A stretch of DNA of 37,299 nucleotides from Octopus bimaculoides (taxonomy: Eukaryota). Made by a program: the position numbers and the translations under genes. The notes beneath the pieces are model-generated. The model made no database searches. It was not told where the DNA came from and was given only the letters and a program-made list of their open reading frames with translations. The stretch covers positions 12,650,259 through 12,687,557 of the forward strand of contig NC_068985.1 of assembly GCF_001194135.2 (NCBI RefSeq), given 5' to 3'. Positions 11,799-23,766 of this stretch are shown piece by piece; position 1 is the first letter of the stretch; the number at the start of each line of letters is the position of its first letter.

Positions 11799-11842
11799 TT
11801 ACCACTCACCTCACGGCTGAATAGCGATGAGGCGTATGACAG
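11799..11842 (+). CDS. Candidate internal exon (LPLTSRLNSDEAYD-R), phase 0-2
   Basis: gctgacag|...GACAG|gtaaaa, 44 nt, open; splices in frame to 15301. The acceptor's pyrimidine tract is weak. Confidence 0.45.
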
Positions 11843-11861
11843 GTAAAATGTGATTTTGTGT

Positions 11862-11870
11862 ATATGTATG

Positions 11871-11937
<67 letters not shown>

Positions 11938-11960
11938 CTATCTACCTATCTATCTATCTT
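11862..11960. repeat. Compound (TA)n(GT)n(TATC)n microsatellite
   Basis: Direct reading. Confidence 0.93.
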
Positions 11961-12051
11961 TATACATAGTGTTCTGTTCCGCGTTGTGTTGGTAAAACCA
12001 ACAAAAGAAATACGGTATCTGATGTGAGATTAATACTATTCAGTAAATACA

Positions 12052-12757
12052 ATATAATTTTTATATGTTGCTTTTAGTTTCATGCGATGGAGCCATGATA
12101 GGCATTACTTTTTAACATGTCTCGTGTCTCAGCACAATCTTCAGGCACTGCGTACATGGCATAACAAGGTGATAGGATGAAAGAAAAATCGAGAAAATAC
12201 GAGAAAGAAGTAGATGTAAAAGATGGTAGTTTCAAAAACGGAAAGCCGAAAGAAGCAACAGGGTGAAGGAGTGATTAAGTGTTATTTCACCTTAGAACTT
12301 GAAACATGAGTAAAAAAAGATAGTGTTATCGAGTCTGTGGTATAGCTGCCCCATCTGGAGTGGATGGTACTTTCCAATTGGTCAAGTGTAACTTATTGTT
12401 ATGCTTACAACCGCTGAAAATTTCGGATCTAGGATTTAGCTGTGTTAGAGTTCTTGGGTCTGAAAAGGCTTTGAATTCTTTCAGCTACGCATACCTTACA
12501 TTCTTTTGATCTGTTATTATATGGCGCTGATTTTTCGACTATTTTCCATATCGTATGCGATGTGGCGTTCGACTTCAAACACCAAACGTGGTTAGCCAAC
12601 TTAGTAGCTTTAGTCCTGTTTTATATTGTTGTGCTATGTGGGCAGTGCCTGAAGATTGCGCTGAAACACCAGACAAGAAGAAAAATGCTGTCAGGCATGC
12701 GTTTTATCACATAAAAACATACAGTGTGTCTTCATTTTAATTTTTGTAGTATTAGTA
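12052..12757 (-). mobile_element. Penelope-like element 3' fragment (GIY-YIG endonuclease C-terminus) with an inverted pseudo-LTR copy
   Basis: Minus strand 12608-12326 reads ATKLANHVWCLKSNATSHTIWKIVEKSAPYNNRSKECKVCVAE/[frameshift]FKAFSDPRTLTQLNPRSEIFSGCKHNNKLHLTNWK...*, matching the typical PLE ending W.I..K..PY....K.C.LC..EK......LN.RSE...C.H.NK. Inverted repeat core at 12102-12167/12626-12688. Confidence 0.85.
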
Positions 12758-13209
12758 AGTTATTTTCCTACTAGCGGGACCCGTGAATATTTCACAAAAT
12801 TAATGGTAAGTATATTGAGTAATTTCTGAAAACTTTATCCCAAACCAATGAAAGCGTAGTCTGTGTCGTGTCTCTCTCAAAAGATAGTCACTCATCTGGT
12901 AATAATCGAAAAGTAAAGGAAGCTGGAATTCTGTTATTACTTAATGCACTTTATATATACACTTTATATAATTTATGTACAATTTTATAAACTTAATACA
13001 AAGCATTCTTCCTCTTTCTCTTCCACACTTTGCATTACCCTCTTTTTATCTCTCCTCTTTCTTTCGTTCTTCGCCTTTCCCTTGAAAGCGTTACGTATGG
13101 GCTAAGTAACGGAGAAACGAGCATAATTATTATATTTTATATTTTTTCCTTTATTATTACTACTTTTTTACATACCACGCGTCCACATTTATAGACGGGT
13201 ATCTGCATG

Positions 13210-13242
<33 letters not shown>

Positions 13243-13247
13243 TATAC

Positions 13248-13278
<31 letters not shown>

Positions 13279-13403
13279 TATGTGTATATGTAGATACATA
13301 TATATACACACATATATATATGTGTATATGTAGATACATATATATGTATATATATATATGTGTGTATACACACACACACACGCACATACACACACACACA
13401 CAG

Positions 13404-13437
<34 letters not shown>

Positions 13438-13440
13438 TTC
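13210..13440. repeat. Compound (CA)n/(TA)n microsatellite
   Basis: Direct reading. Confidence 0.95.
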
Positions 13441-13659
13441 ATTTGTGACTTTTTTATTACATCCGTGTTGGCCTTTACACCTTTGGCGGCGTATTCCAAA
13501 AATATGTCAATGTTAGCGTTCTTCAACTTTTATGCCCTCAGTTCTAGATAACTGACTATCGCTATCATGCCCTTGGGTAAAGGATTTTTATTGCTAGTCC
13601 TCCATAATCTCTTGCCCTATATCTTGAATCCGTTTTCCTTCCACTTTTCACATTTTTAA

Positions 13660-13800
13660 TTCAAATTACTCCGAAGTTGAATTTGTCTTTCATCCTTTCT
13701 GAACTGATGATATAAGTACCAGTTGAGCACTGGATTCTATGTAATTGACTTACCTCTCCCGCAGAATTTCAGGCATTGTGCTTATATTAGAGATGGTTAT
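13660..13800 (+). mobile_element. SINE family C, 3' half, degenerate
   Basis: tcaaattactccgaagttgaatttgtctttcatcctttctg...ataagtaccagttgagcactgg matches the copies at 30897 and 35564. Confidence 0.7.
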
Positions 13801-13839
13801 GAAAATTTGATCTGAGATAATAATTTAACATTTATATGA

Positions 13840-14220
13840 GAGTGCGCGCCTGTATCTACCTGCACGTGTGTGATAATGTGTGCGCATGTGTGTGTGAGTC
13901 TGTGTGTCTGTGTGTCTGTGTGAATGTATGCCTGGGCCACTGAGTGTACGCGTGTGTGGGTCAGTGAGTGAGTGCGTGTATGTGATTCTGTAAGCCTCTG
14001 TATGTGTGTCTGCGTGTCTGTGTGTCTGGGTCTATGTCTGTGTGTGTGTGTAAGTTTGTGTGTACTTGTGTCTCTTTGAGTACGCGGGTGTGGATCTGTG
14101 AGTGAGTGAGTGGGTGAGTGCATGTGCCTCTGTGAGCCCGTGTGGGTGTCTCTACGTGTGTTTGTGTGTGTATCAGTGTGTGCGCGCTTGTGTGTGTGTG
14201 TGTGTGGGGGTGTGTTTGCT
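13840..14220. repeat. Degenerate (GT)n-derived low-complexity tract
   Basis: Alternating purine/pyrimidine sequence with many interruptions; explains ORFs 13797..14294, 14102 and 14110. Confidence 0.9.
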
Positions 14221-14600
14221 TGCGTTGGTATATCTAATATTGGGATTGCGGTATCAGACTTTCCATTACTATTTTCTCCAGACGAAAATCTCATTGAATA
14301 GTAATTAATCAGCGTATGGTTTGCAAATTATAAAGCAGGGAGTAAATTGGTGAGATGTTGATAGAATAATGTAGAAGTAATGTATACAAGCAAAACATAT
14401 ACAAACAGCGTGTTCGGAGGATTTAATATTTAAGTGACATTTGATGTTTTCGTGGTAACATCTAAAGACCTTGGCGTAGCAAAATACATTAACGAAATAT
14501 ACAATACATACTTCATATACATGTGTACATACATACGTACGGATATGAATATGTAAATATTGGTATGTATGTATATATATTGACATACACACGCATATTA

Positions 14601-14802
14601 TTTTGGCACAAAGGCAACCATTTTGGGACAGAATTAAGTCGATTACATCGACCTTAGAGCTCAAATGCGGCTTATTTTTTGGGCCCGAAAGGATGAAAGG
14701 CAAAGACGACTCCGGCGGAATTTGAACTCGGAACGCAAAGGTGGATGAAATTCCGTCAGGCATTTTGGCTGGCGTTATAACGGTAACGATTCTGCCAGCT
14801 CG

Positions 14803-14805
<3 letters not shown>
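14601..14805 (-). mobile_element. SINE family C, near full length
   Basis: Reverse complement begins CGGCGAGCTGGCAGAATCGTT; B box GAGTTCAAATTCC; central TTTGCCTTTCATCCTTTCGGG. Confidence 0.85.
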
Positions 14806-14806
<1 letters not shown>

Positions 14807-14842
<36 letters not shown>

Positions 14843-14879
14843 GTGTGTGTGTGTCTGTCTGTCTGTCTCTGTGCCTGTG

Positions 14880-14914
<35 letters not shown>

Positions 14915-15010
14915 CTGTCTGTCTGTCTGTCTGTGTGCCTGTGTGTGTGTGTGTCTGTATGTCTGTATGTCTGTCTGTCTGTGTGCCTGTGTGTGTGTTT
15001 GTGTGTGTGT
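14807..15010. repeat. (GT)n/(GTCT)n compound microsatellite
   Basis: Direct reading. Confidence 0.96.
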
Positions 15011-15300
15011 TAAATGGTATCTGTTTATATAACTTCAATTAATTTATTTCTTATCTCAATTGTTTTCTCTTCTGTTTGTCTCTTAATTTTTTAATGCCTT
15101 CATCTATAAAGTTTTCTTCGTTGTAATTTGTAGTATTCCTTCATCTCTGATTAAGGATCCGCTGTAACCTTCTTCACACATTTCTTCTTTTAACTTTCAT
15201 CTTCATTTTTACCTTCTTCCCTTCTTACCCCGTTTCCTTTTTGCTGAGTCATCTCCTTCTGTCCCTTCTTTAATTCGTTATTCTTTGTTTCTTTAAGTAG

Positions 15301-15366
15301 GGCTGAAATTAAAAGAAAACGTCTAGCAGAGGACGCAATGCTTCAACAGAAAGAAAGAAACGAACA
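15301..15366 (+). CDS. Internal exon (R-AEIKRKRLAEDAMLQQKERNE-Q), coiled-coil-like, phase 2-2
   Basis: Preceded by a ~250-nt pyrimidine-rich tract ending tttaagtag; 66 nt, open, charged helical composition; splices in frame to 20276. The donor gtattt is weak. Confidence 0.65.
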
Positions 15367-15954
15367 GTATTTAATATTATTTGTCCCACGAGTTCAGCAG
15401 CTCACTTCTTTCATCAATTATGCATTCAGCGTATATATTCGATCGTAAAATGTCTGCAGAATATTTATACCAACATCTACTGACATGTTTTCTGCGTAAA
15501 TGATTTCTCTTCAATTATTTAACGGTATTAATGACGAAGAATATAATGGTGTAAAGATACTTTTGAAATTTATTTCATAAAACTTTAAAAGAAAATACAA
15601 AGAAGTCATATGTCTTCTGTAGATTATTAATATTTCCTCTTGAGGTAAGGTTTTACATTTGATATTTAATCTTATGGGAGCTTTCCTGTGTTCATTTCCT
15701 TTCTTCTAAACAGAAACTAGCCAACGAACCGTACAATCACCCCACAAAAAATGACTATATTCGTGTGCGTGTGCGCGCCGATCTGCATGTGCATTCGTGT
15801 GAGCGTGCGTATTTCTTTGTGTATGTGTATGTGTGCCTGTGCGCGCCTGTGTGTCTGTCTGTCTGTGTGTGTGTGTATAAAGCGGTAGATATATAGATAT
15901 ATGAATAGACGCGTGTGCGTGTACAAAGCAGTAGATATATAGATATATAAATAG

Positions 15955-15968
15955 ACAGACAGACACAC

Positions 15969-16027
<59 letters not shown>

Positions 16028-16035
16028 ATAGACAA
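15955..16035. repeat. (GATA)n microsatellite
   Basis: Direct reading. Confidence 0.96.
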
Positions 16036-16742
16036 ACAGATATATATCTTTTAAGTTAATAATCTGATATCAGAGATAAAAGTGATGAGGATCCGTGTAA
16101 TCCTCCGTAGAAGTTCTCGTGTTGTACATGAAGAGGATTAGTGTTAGCGGATCATATACCTTCGCTAACACCAAACATGTTCATGTATATATACACACAA
16201 TGCACAAAAGCCACACAAATAGAATCGCCACCACCACAAAAACGTCACAGAAACAGCGGCAAGCATCTAGCAGTATTTTGTTTTTATCACTTATTGATAT
16301 AAGTTTGAATATGAAGTCTTCGTATATCGAGTTACCTATCTATGAAAACTAAGAATTCAGGATTTGTGGATTTTCTTGTTATACAGCTCAATTGTATTCA
16401 TCCTCACATCAATATCACTCTTGTATAACTGCTTTCATGTAGTGTGCTTCATAAAGCCCGGTCACAGTTATCGGCTACCATATACTACCATATGACAAAA
16501 GGAAATTGCTTCACTGATGTTATATCTGGAAATCCGTAAATATGGGTAGAGTTTACAAAAACATTAACAAACAGAATGAATGAGCGACTCGCTTTATTAC
16601 ATAATCCTGCAATTGTTTCATTGGAACATTACTAGAACATTATTTCTATGACACCATTTTATTATATACGAAATAATGGAACGAATCAGTATTATTTAAG
16701 CAATGATCGAAAATGTAGACAATTATGGCATATTTATATTTT

Positions 16743-17175
16743 TTACCTCTGCCTTATCGAAGGCGGGGGTATTGTTTACAGTCGCGTTTGTTTGTTTGTT
16801 TGTTTACCTGTTGACAAGATATCTCAAGAAATGCTGGATGGATTTGGATGAAACCTTCAGGAACGTTTGGCCTCGGGACTGGCACGAATTTATTAGAGTG
16901 TGCGATCGATCCAGTACTGGACAAGAATTCTGTATTATTTTTCCAGTTTTTTACCTAATTTTTGAGAGCGGTCGACTTCCTATTTAGTATTCTCGTTTGA
17001 CACAGAAATCGAGTTATTTCATATATTGTCATTTTAAAAATCATCACTGCTTGGAACCGCTTGAATACTTCTTAAGTTGCTCGAAAAATGAGAGGTGTTA
17101 CCTTAGTTACCTTAGTTACCTGGTACTGAACAGCTGTCACTGATGGACATCTCCATTGTTAGAGGCTGTGCAAAG
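16743..17175 (+). mobile_element. Helentron-associated non-autonomous (HINE/DINE-1-like) element, 3' end not seen
   Basis: 5' TTACCTCTGCC-ttatcgaa-GGCGGGGG imperfect palindrome, then (GTTT)n, then a typical GGATGGATTTGGATGAAAC core. The 3' sub-terminal repeat and hairpin were not found. Confidence 0.55.
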
Positions 17176-17177
17176 GC

Positions 17178-17320
<143 letters not shown>

Positions 17321-18231
17321 TAGGGCGAACGATGAGGGAACAATACAGAAACAGGCATAAAATGTGGGATTTTCATATGATAAGGAAATAAAAACAAAAA
17401 AGAAAGAAAAGAGGTAAGTATACACTTACAATGTAATGATATTCAAAATACGTAATTTTCACATTCGGTACAAGTCTAGCATTTAGAGAATGGTTCACTG
17501 AAGAGAAAATTACATGTATAATAACATCTTTTATTCCTTTCGAATAGAGTGCATGTAATTTTCGAAACACGTGCCGGAATTAAAGGAACTTATTTATTAT
17601 ATGCGTTTTACTCCATTNNNNNNNNNNNNNNNNNNNNNNNNNNNNNNNNNNNNNNNNNNNNNNNNNNNNNNNNNNNNNNNNNNNNNNNNNNNNNNNNNNN
17701 NNNNNNNNNNNNNNNNNNNNNNNNNNNNNNNNNNNNNNNNNNNNNNNNNNNNNNNNNNNNNNNNNNNNNNNNNNNNNNNNNNNNNNNNNNNNNNNNNNNN
17801 NNNNNNNNNNNNNNNNNNNNNNNNNNNNNNNNNNNNNNNNNNNNNNNNNNNNNNNNNNNNNNNNNNNNNNNNNNNNNNNNNNNNNNNNNNNNNNNNNNNN
17901 NNNNNNNNNNNNNNNNNNNNNNNNNNNNNNNNNNNNNNNNNNNNNNNNNNNNNNNNNNNNNNNNNNNNNNNNNNNNNNNNNNNNNNNNNNNNNNNNNNNN
18001 NNNNNNNNNNNNNNNNNNNNNNNNNNNNNNNNNNNNNNNNNNNNNNNNNNNNNNNNNNNNNNNNNNNNNNNNNNNNNNNNNNNNNNNNNNNNNNNNNNNN
18101 NNNNNNNNNNNNNNNNNNNNNNNNNNNNNNNNNNNNNNNNNNNNNNNNNNNNNNNNNNNNNNNNNNNNNNNNNNNNNNNNNNNNNNNNNNNNNNNNNNNN
18201 NNNNNNNNNNNNNNNNNNNNNNNNNNNNNNN

Positions 18232-18291
<60 letters not shown>

Positions 18292-18320
18292 GCACACGCA
18301 CACGCACACACACACACACA
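18232..18320. repeat. (CA)n microsatellite following gap 17618-18231
   Basis: Direct reading. Confidence 0.96.
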
Positions 18321-18679
18321 GAGGTATATACGATTTGCGATCGTTTTATTCCACTGTTAGATCGTTATGCATTAGTTTGTTTGGCGTAGTGATCCGAAAT
18401 CTTAAGTAATATAGCCACCATTTCTTTCAGTACAGTACAAGTAAACATATCTAAGCCGTATTAACAAGATGTTTTGCATTCTTTACATAATTTAGTCATC
18501 ATTCTTGCCAAGATTTCAGAAACTGTTTACAGGTAAATAGATACAATGTGTACAATATGGCCAAAGTCGCAATAAGAGCAATTAGCAGAAATATTTATTT
18601 GAATTATATTCAAGAGTTCTACATTTATTTGCTGGTACTCAACTCATGAACATATAAATATATGTGTGCCGGTATATAC

Positions 18680-18725
18680 GCTTCCTTGTATAGATATAGA
18701 TATATATAGATATACATATATATAC

Positions 18726-18767
<42 letters not shown>

Positions 18768-19359
18768 NNNNNNNNNNNNNNNNNNNNNNNNNNNNNNNNN
18801 NNNNNNNNNNNNNNNNNNNNNNNNNNNNNNNNNNNNNNNNNNNNNNNNNNNNNNNNNNNNNNNNNNNNNNNNNNNNNNNNNNNNNNNNNNNNNNNNNNNN
18901 NNNNNNNNNNNNNNNNNNNNNNNNNNNNNNNNNNNNNNNNNNNNNNNNNNNNNNNNNNNNNNNNNNNNNNNNNNNNNNNNNNNNNNNNNNNNNNNNNNNN
19001 NNNNNNNNNNNNNNNNNNNNNNNNNNNNNNNNNNNNNNNNNNNNNNNNNNNNNNNNNNNNNNNNNNNNNNNNNNNNNNNNNNNNNNNNNNNNNNNNNNNN
19101 NNNNNNNNNNNNNNNNNNNNNNNNNNNNNNNNNNNNNNNNNNNNNNNNNNNNNNNNNNNNNNNNNNNNNNNNNNNNNNNNNNNNNNNNNNNNNNNNNNNN
19201 NNNNNNNNNNNNNNNNNNNNNNNNNNNNNNNNNNNNNNNNNNNNNNNNNNNNNNNNNNNNNNNNNNNNNNNNNNNNNNNNNNNNNNNNNNNNNNNNNNNN
19301 NNNNNNNNNNNNNNNNNNNNNNNNNNNNNNNNNNNNNNNNNNNNNNNNNNNNNNNNNTA

Positions 19360-19390
<31 letters not shown>

Positions 19391-19482
19391 GTATCTATGT
19401 ATTTATATAAATATGTATGTATATATATATACACGCACGCATACACACACATATATATGTATATGTACGTATACATACTTAC

Positions 19483-19516
<34 letters not shown>

Positions 19517-19570
19517 TTATAAAAATATGTATATATACATAACACGCACGCAAACACACACACACACACA
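18680..19570. repeat. (TA)n-rich compound microsatellite interrupted by gap 18768-19357
   Basis: Direct reading of both gap flanks. Confidence 0.9.
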
Positions 19571-19735
19571 AATATTTGGGAACCTACTTTTTTGTATATA
19601 AAGGGTTGTATATAGTCTTGTATATGAGTGCATGTATATGTATGGTACGTATACATATGTGTGTGACACCACTCTTTCTCGGCGTCCTGAATGATAAAAT
19701 ACCTGGATTTTAATGAATACTGTAACGGATTGATT

Positions 19736-19736
19736 T

Positions 19737-19785
<49 letters not shown>

Positions 19786-19802
19786 GTACGTATGTATGTA
19801 TA
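19736..19802. repeat. (GATA)n(TATG)n microsatellite
   Basis: Direct reading. Confidence 0.95.
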
Positions 19803-19805
19803 TTA

Positions 19806-20232
19806 CCTAGCCCTCAAGTTGCCCCACAGATCGCTGTTCGTTGCGTCTCTCAAAATGTTATTCTATGTTCTTTCAATCAGCTGCATGTCCCTACCGATTG
19901 CTTTGTGTCAAATCCTATTCGGGCATCATCTCTGTCCATTTTATATAGGTTTTTCACTGAAGGAATCTGTTGGTGAATCTTTCACGTGATAGTCGTATTA
20001 CGCAATCCAACCTCCCCTGACGGCTTTTACACACAGATTTAGGCAATGTTTGTTGACTGGTCGGTGTCCCACTTCTTGGTCTGTGTTGCAATCACTCCAT
20101 TTAAATGTCAACTTTTTGTATTTATCTACTATGAAAAACATCCAATCTCTTCTCTTGTGTGTTTTACATCTACCACATTTGACAGCCATAAGGTAGACAT
20201 GACAGGATATTACTGCTGTAGAACCACATGAT
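19806..20232 (-). mobile_element. RTE-clade LINE 3' remnant
   Basis: Minus strand reads SNILSCLPYGCQMW*M*NTQEKRLDVFH...(KWSD)... and ends I*HKAIGRDMQLIERT*NNILRDATNSDLW, matching the RTE C-terminal LLYG.E.W..KRL..F..W...A.DR..W pattern. Many stops and frameshifts. Confidence 0.75.
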
Positions 20233-20275
20233 TTTTGCTTCGCTGGAATAATGCACAAATAATTTGGTGTTTTAG

Positions 20276-20410
20276 ACGAATGAAGAAGACCAACAGCGTA
20301 GAGAAGAAATCTGCTTTCGACACACATAATGAACCGAGTTTGGTTCACGACAAGAACATTACTAGTTTAAAGACTGCACTGGAAATTTCCTCTGATGCAA
20401 AGACAGATTG
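20276..20410 (+). CDS. Internal exon (RMKKTNSVEKKSAFDTHNEPSLVHDKNITSLKTALEISSDAKTD-W), phase 2-2
   Basis: tttggtgttttag|...GATTG|gtgggt; 135 nt with 44 open codons; in frame with both flanking exons. Confidence 0.7.
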
Positions 20411-21540
20411 GTGGGTATAAATTATGGTAGTGTTTTCAGCTTAAAGGCAGTACGTTTCCATGATGGGAATATGTTGCCAGGGATTCTAATGTTTTATTCG
20501 AGTAAGGCAAAAGTCATGCAATACAATCAATATGTTACTTTGATTGGTCAGGTATGTTGAATGGAAGTGGAAAGCTGGAGGTGACTTGAATATCTTAGAT
20601 TTTCAACTGGAATTCAAAAGGGCTATACGAACCTTTTCTCCTTCATGTATGTACACCTATATGTATACATGTATGCATGTGTGCATACATGTATTTTTGT
20701 ATGTATCGGCTTCTTTATATAAAAAAAAGTGCGACCCAAACCATAAGAAGCGTTACTTCAGAATAAAATTCTAAAGCTTGCTTTATACAGATTTTAAAAC
20801 TTGGAGTTTTACGCAGGAAGCGTACGGCATAAACGCTTGATCCTCCATTAAAGAAAACGAAGGCAAACAAATATAAAAGCAAAGAAAGAAGCGAAAAAAT
20901 TCAGAAAGATTAATGGGGTCATTTGGAAAGGACAAAGTAAATTATATATTATGTGAACATAAAACTGTTATATTTTCTTATTCTGTCTTTCACCTGATAC
21001 ACTTCGGATTGAGTAATGAAAGTCAAATTAGATCAAAATAATAAAGAATTATTGATTTAAAGCAGAGAAGTTTAATTAGGCTTCCTAATTATATAATGGA
21101 AGTCGTTAATTTCAAGGTATTAAACTATAAAGTGATTATAAAAATTAAGTTAGAAAATACAATAGAAAATTGTCCAAATAAACACAACATTATATGATTA
21201 CAAACGAAACTAAGTGAAATATAGGAGATTTAATACTAAAAGGAAATGACGGAGCATATCAAAGAAAATTAATTGTGAAAGCTGGAAATGCGCTGTGTTC
21301 TAGATATCCATTTAACTTCAGATTTATTCGTATCATATCTGTAAGAGGTGCGGGCGAAAAGCTAGCAGAAACGGCAGACAGCCCGAAAAATTACTTTACC
21401 TTCGCTATAGCTCAGGTTTACCTTTTTTTTAAAATTCATTTTATCGGTATTGTATCACTAAATTATACTACCAGCAGTTGTAGGTCTTGTTCCTAAGTTC
21501 CTAAATTAGAAACCATGTTTTGCGAGTTCTTATTCTACAG

Positions 21541-21569
21541 GGAGGAATATGATGAAATTAAACTAAAGG
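21541..21569 (+). CDS. Small internal exon (W-EEYDEIKLK), phase 2-1
   Basis: Strong sites ttcttattctacag|...AAAGG|gtaaga; completes the TGG codon from the previous exon. Confidence 0.65.
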
Positions 21570-21635
21570 GTAAGAAATTAAGCATACATTAGAGCCAGCT
21601 TGGAATACACGCACACATAGATGTGAATATACCCA

Positions 21636-21741
21636 CACAAATATATATATATATATATATGTATATCTGCGTGCGTGCATATATATATATATATACACAC
21701 ACACACATACACTCACATACACACACACACACACACACACG

Positions 21742-21795
<54 letters not shown>
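21636..21795. repeat. (TA)n/(CA)n compound microsatellite before gap 21796-22219
   Basis: Direct reading. Confidence 0.95.
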
Positions 21796-22244
21796 NNNNN
21801 NNNNNNNNNNNNNNNNNNNNNNNNNNNNNNNNNNNNNNNNNNNNNNNNNNNNNNNNNNNNNNNNNNNNNNNNNNNNNNNNNNNNNNNNNNNNNNNNNNNN
21901 NNNNNNNNNNNNNNNNNNNNNNNNNNNNNNNNNNNNNNNNNNNNNNNNNNNNNNNNNNNNNNNNNNNNNNNNNNNNNNNNNNNNNNNNNNNNNNNNNNNN
22001 NNNNNNNNNNNNNNNNNNNNNNNNNNNNNNNNNNNNNNNNNNNNNNNNNNNNNNNNNNNNNNNNNNNNNNNNNNNNNNNNNNNNNNNNNNNNNNNNNNNN
22101 NNNNNNNNNNNNNNNNNNNNNNNNNNNNNNNNNNNNNNNNNNNNNNNNNNNNNNNNNNNNNNNNNNNNNNNNNNNNNNNNNNNNNNNNNNNNNNNNNNNN
22201 NNNNNNNNNNNNNNNNNNNTTCATTGTTCAACAAGATAATTATT

Positions 22245-22322
22245 TTATGTAGCCCTACGCGGAATTTCACCTCAGAGCGTAAATACGGACGAAATTCCGC
22301 TATGATTCTCCCAGCTCACCGC
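22245..22322 (-). mobile_element. SINE family C head fragment with internal deletion
   Basis: Reverse complement GCGGTGAGCTGGGAGAATCATAGCGGAATTTCGTCCGTATTTACGCTCTGAGGTGAAATTCCGC matches the family C 5' region. Confidence 0.65.
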
Positions 22323-22378
22323 TCTCGACAATCATGTATTTTCTCTTTCCAGGTATTCCTAAAGACCTGGATGATCTC

Positions 22379-22753
22379 GTGGCACTGCGTCGATTACGAT
22401 GACGAGGGTTCCAGCTGATCCGATCAACAGAACAAACAGCCTGCTCGTGAAATTAACGTGCAAGTGGCCGAGCACTCCACAGAAACGTGTACCATTAACG
22501 TAGTTCTCGGGAAGATTCAGTGTGACACAGAGTGTGACAAGGCTGGCCCCTTTGAAATGCAAGTACAACAGTAACAGGAAGAAAGCGTGTGAGTAAGTTG
22601 TCGTGAATGAGTGCAGCATGGTTAGCCGGAGCCTCGTGCAGCTTTTAGGTGTTTTCGCTCAATAAACACTCACAACGCCCGGTCTGGGAATCGAAACCGC
22701 GATACTACCACAGCGTGTCCGCTTCCCTAACCATTGGGTCATTGCGCCTCCAC
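22379..22753 (-). mobile_element. tRNA-derived SINE, head B + tail 1
   Basis: Head GGAGGCGCAATGACCCAATGGTTAGG...GGTTTCGATTCCCAGACCGGGCGTTG is shared with 26405-26711; the tail is shared with 1619-1935. Confidence 0.85.
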
Positions 22754-23103
22754 TCTGGCTGATGTAAGGAAGAGATATTTTATAGGTGATTCTCTCCTTA
22801 TTTTGGTGGTTAAATGACATATCTGTCTTAGTTTTAAAATGAAGCACGTATATTAATACATTTATTAACTATAATCTGCAGTGTCCAAAATTCTGCAATA
22901 CCTTACGTTTACAGGAAGAAATACTTACTTATTGTTAGTGGGTGTATTAGCAAAAGAATTACGAGAATCTCAGTAATGCAGATCTTACAAGTTTATTTGT
23001 TTTAAGTGCAGCATTTTAGCAGAGTATTCTTAGTTTTCACATTTTAAAATAAGAGAGTGAATTTCTTCATTTTCTTTTTTTTTTTTTTTTAAATAAATTC
23101 AAG

Positions 23104-23140
23104 GCGTATGTGTTGGGTGATTACAAGGAAGAACGCATAG
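23104..23140 (+). CDS. Candidate small exon (AYVLGDYKEERI), phase 0-1
   Basis: Long poly-T tract then caag|...CATAG|gtaaat; only phase 0 is open; in frame with 23735. Confidence 0.5.
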
Positions 23141-23172
23141 GTAAATATGAGTCTAACATACGTCTTGACAAT

Positions 23173-23380
23173 GGCGGCAAGCTGACAGACTCATTAGCGC
23201 ACCAAAAAAAAAAAAATGCTCAATGGCAATTCGTCCGGCTTTACGTTCTATATTTAAATGTCACCGGGATAGATCTGTCTTTTATCCTTTCTAGGATAAA
23301 TTAAATGATTACTTGTCGGGCAATGAGATCGATGCATCGACTTATCCTAATCCCCAAAATTGTTGACATAAAAAACCAAA
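23173..23380 (+). mobile_element. SINE family C, highly degenerate
   Basis: ggcggcaagctgacagactcattagc...ttttatcctttctaggataaattaa...gatcgatgcatcgactt is colinear with other family C copies. Confidence 0.65.
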
Positions 23381-23392
23381 TTTACCCTCCAG

Positions 23393-23565
23393 GAGTAGAC
23401 TGTTCCGTTGATCAGGATCAACTGAAACCCTCGTCGTCGTAACCGACGCAGTGCCACGACATCATCTATGTATTTATGAATACCTGGAAAGAGAAAATAC
23501 ATAATTGTCGATATTTTACTATATATATGGCGGCGAGCTAGCAGAATCGGTAGCACGCCGAGCAA
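23393..23565 (+). mobile_element. SINE tail-1 3' end + spacer + family C head (inverted counterpart of 22303-22447)
   Basis: gactgttccgttgatcaggatcaactgaaaccctcgtcgtcgtaaccgacgcagtgccac, then a ~60-nt spacer, then ggcggcgagctagcagaatcggtagcacgccg. Confidence 0.75.
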
Positions 23566-23734
23566 CTTGCATCAGCCGAAACGTTGTGTTAACAACAAAC
23601 AAGATGAGAACAAATGTCCGTCAAATGTAAATAACGTAAATAATGTACATAATTCCCCATCTCTTAAATATAGAACTGTATAAAAACCAAAATTTAAAGC
23701 CAATATATATCTTAACTATGTTATTAGTTTTAAG

Positions 23735-23766
23735 GTACCGTACATTTAACTGGACAGCAGGAATTT
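23735..23766 (+). CDS. Candidate small exon (G-TVHLTGQQEF), phase 1-0
   Basis: ttagttttaag|...GAATTT|gtaagt; open and phase-compatible with 23104-23140. Confidence 0.5.

Noticed and set aside
15620-15645. 22-nt microexon candidate (gtag|...GAG|gtaagg), and a 37-nt candidate near 18495-18532
   Set aside because: Good donors, but either one would break the frame between exons 15301-15366 and 20276-20410.
16083-16110. TGATGAGGAT...ATCCTC hairpin resembling a hammerhead
   Set aside because: No GAAA box or stems I/III.
22259-22300. Perfect 10-bp inverted repeat GCGGAATTTC/GAAATTCCGC and an apparent exon there
   Set aside because: Internal feature of an antisense SINE C head, not an independent structure or exon.
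17549-22418. Long ORFs containing X runs (also 10326-10839)
   Set aside because: Artifacts of reading through assembly N-gaps.
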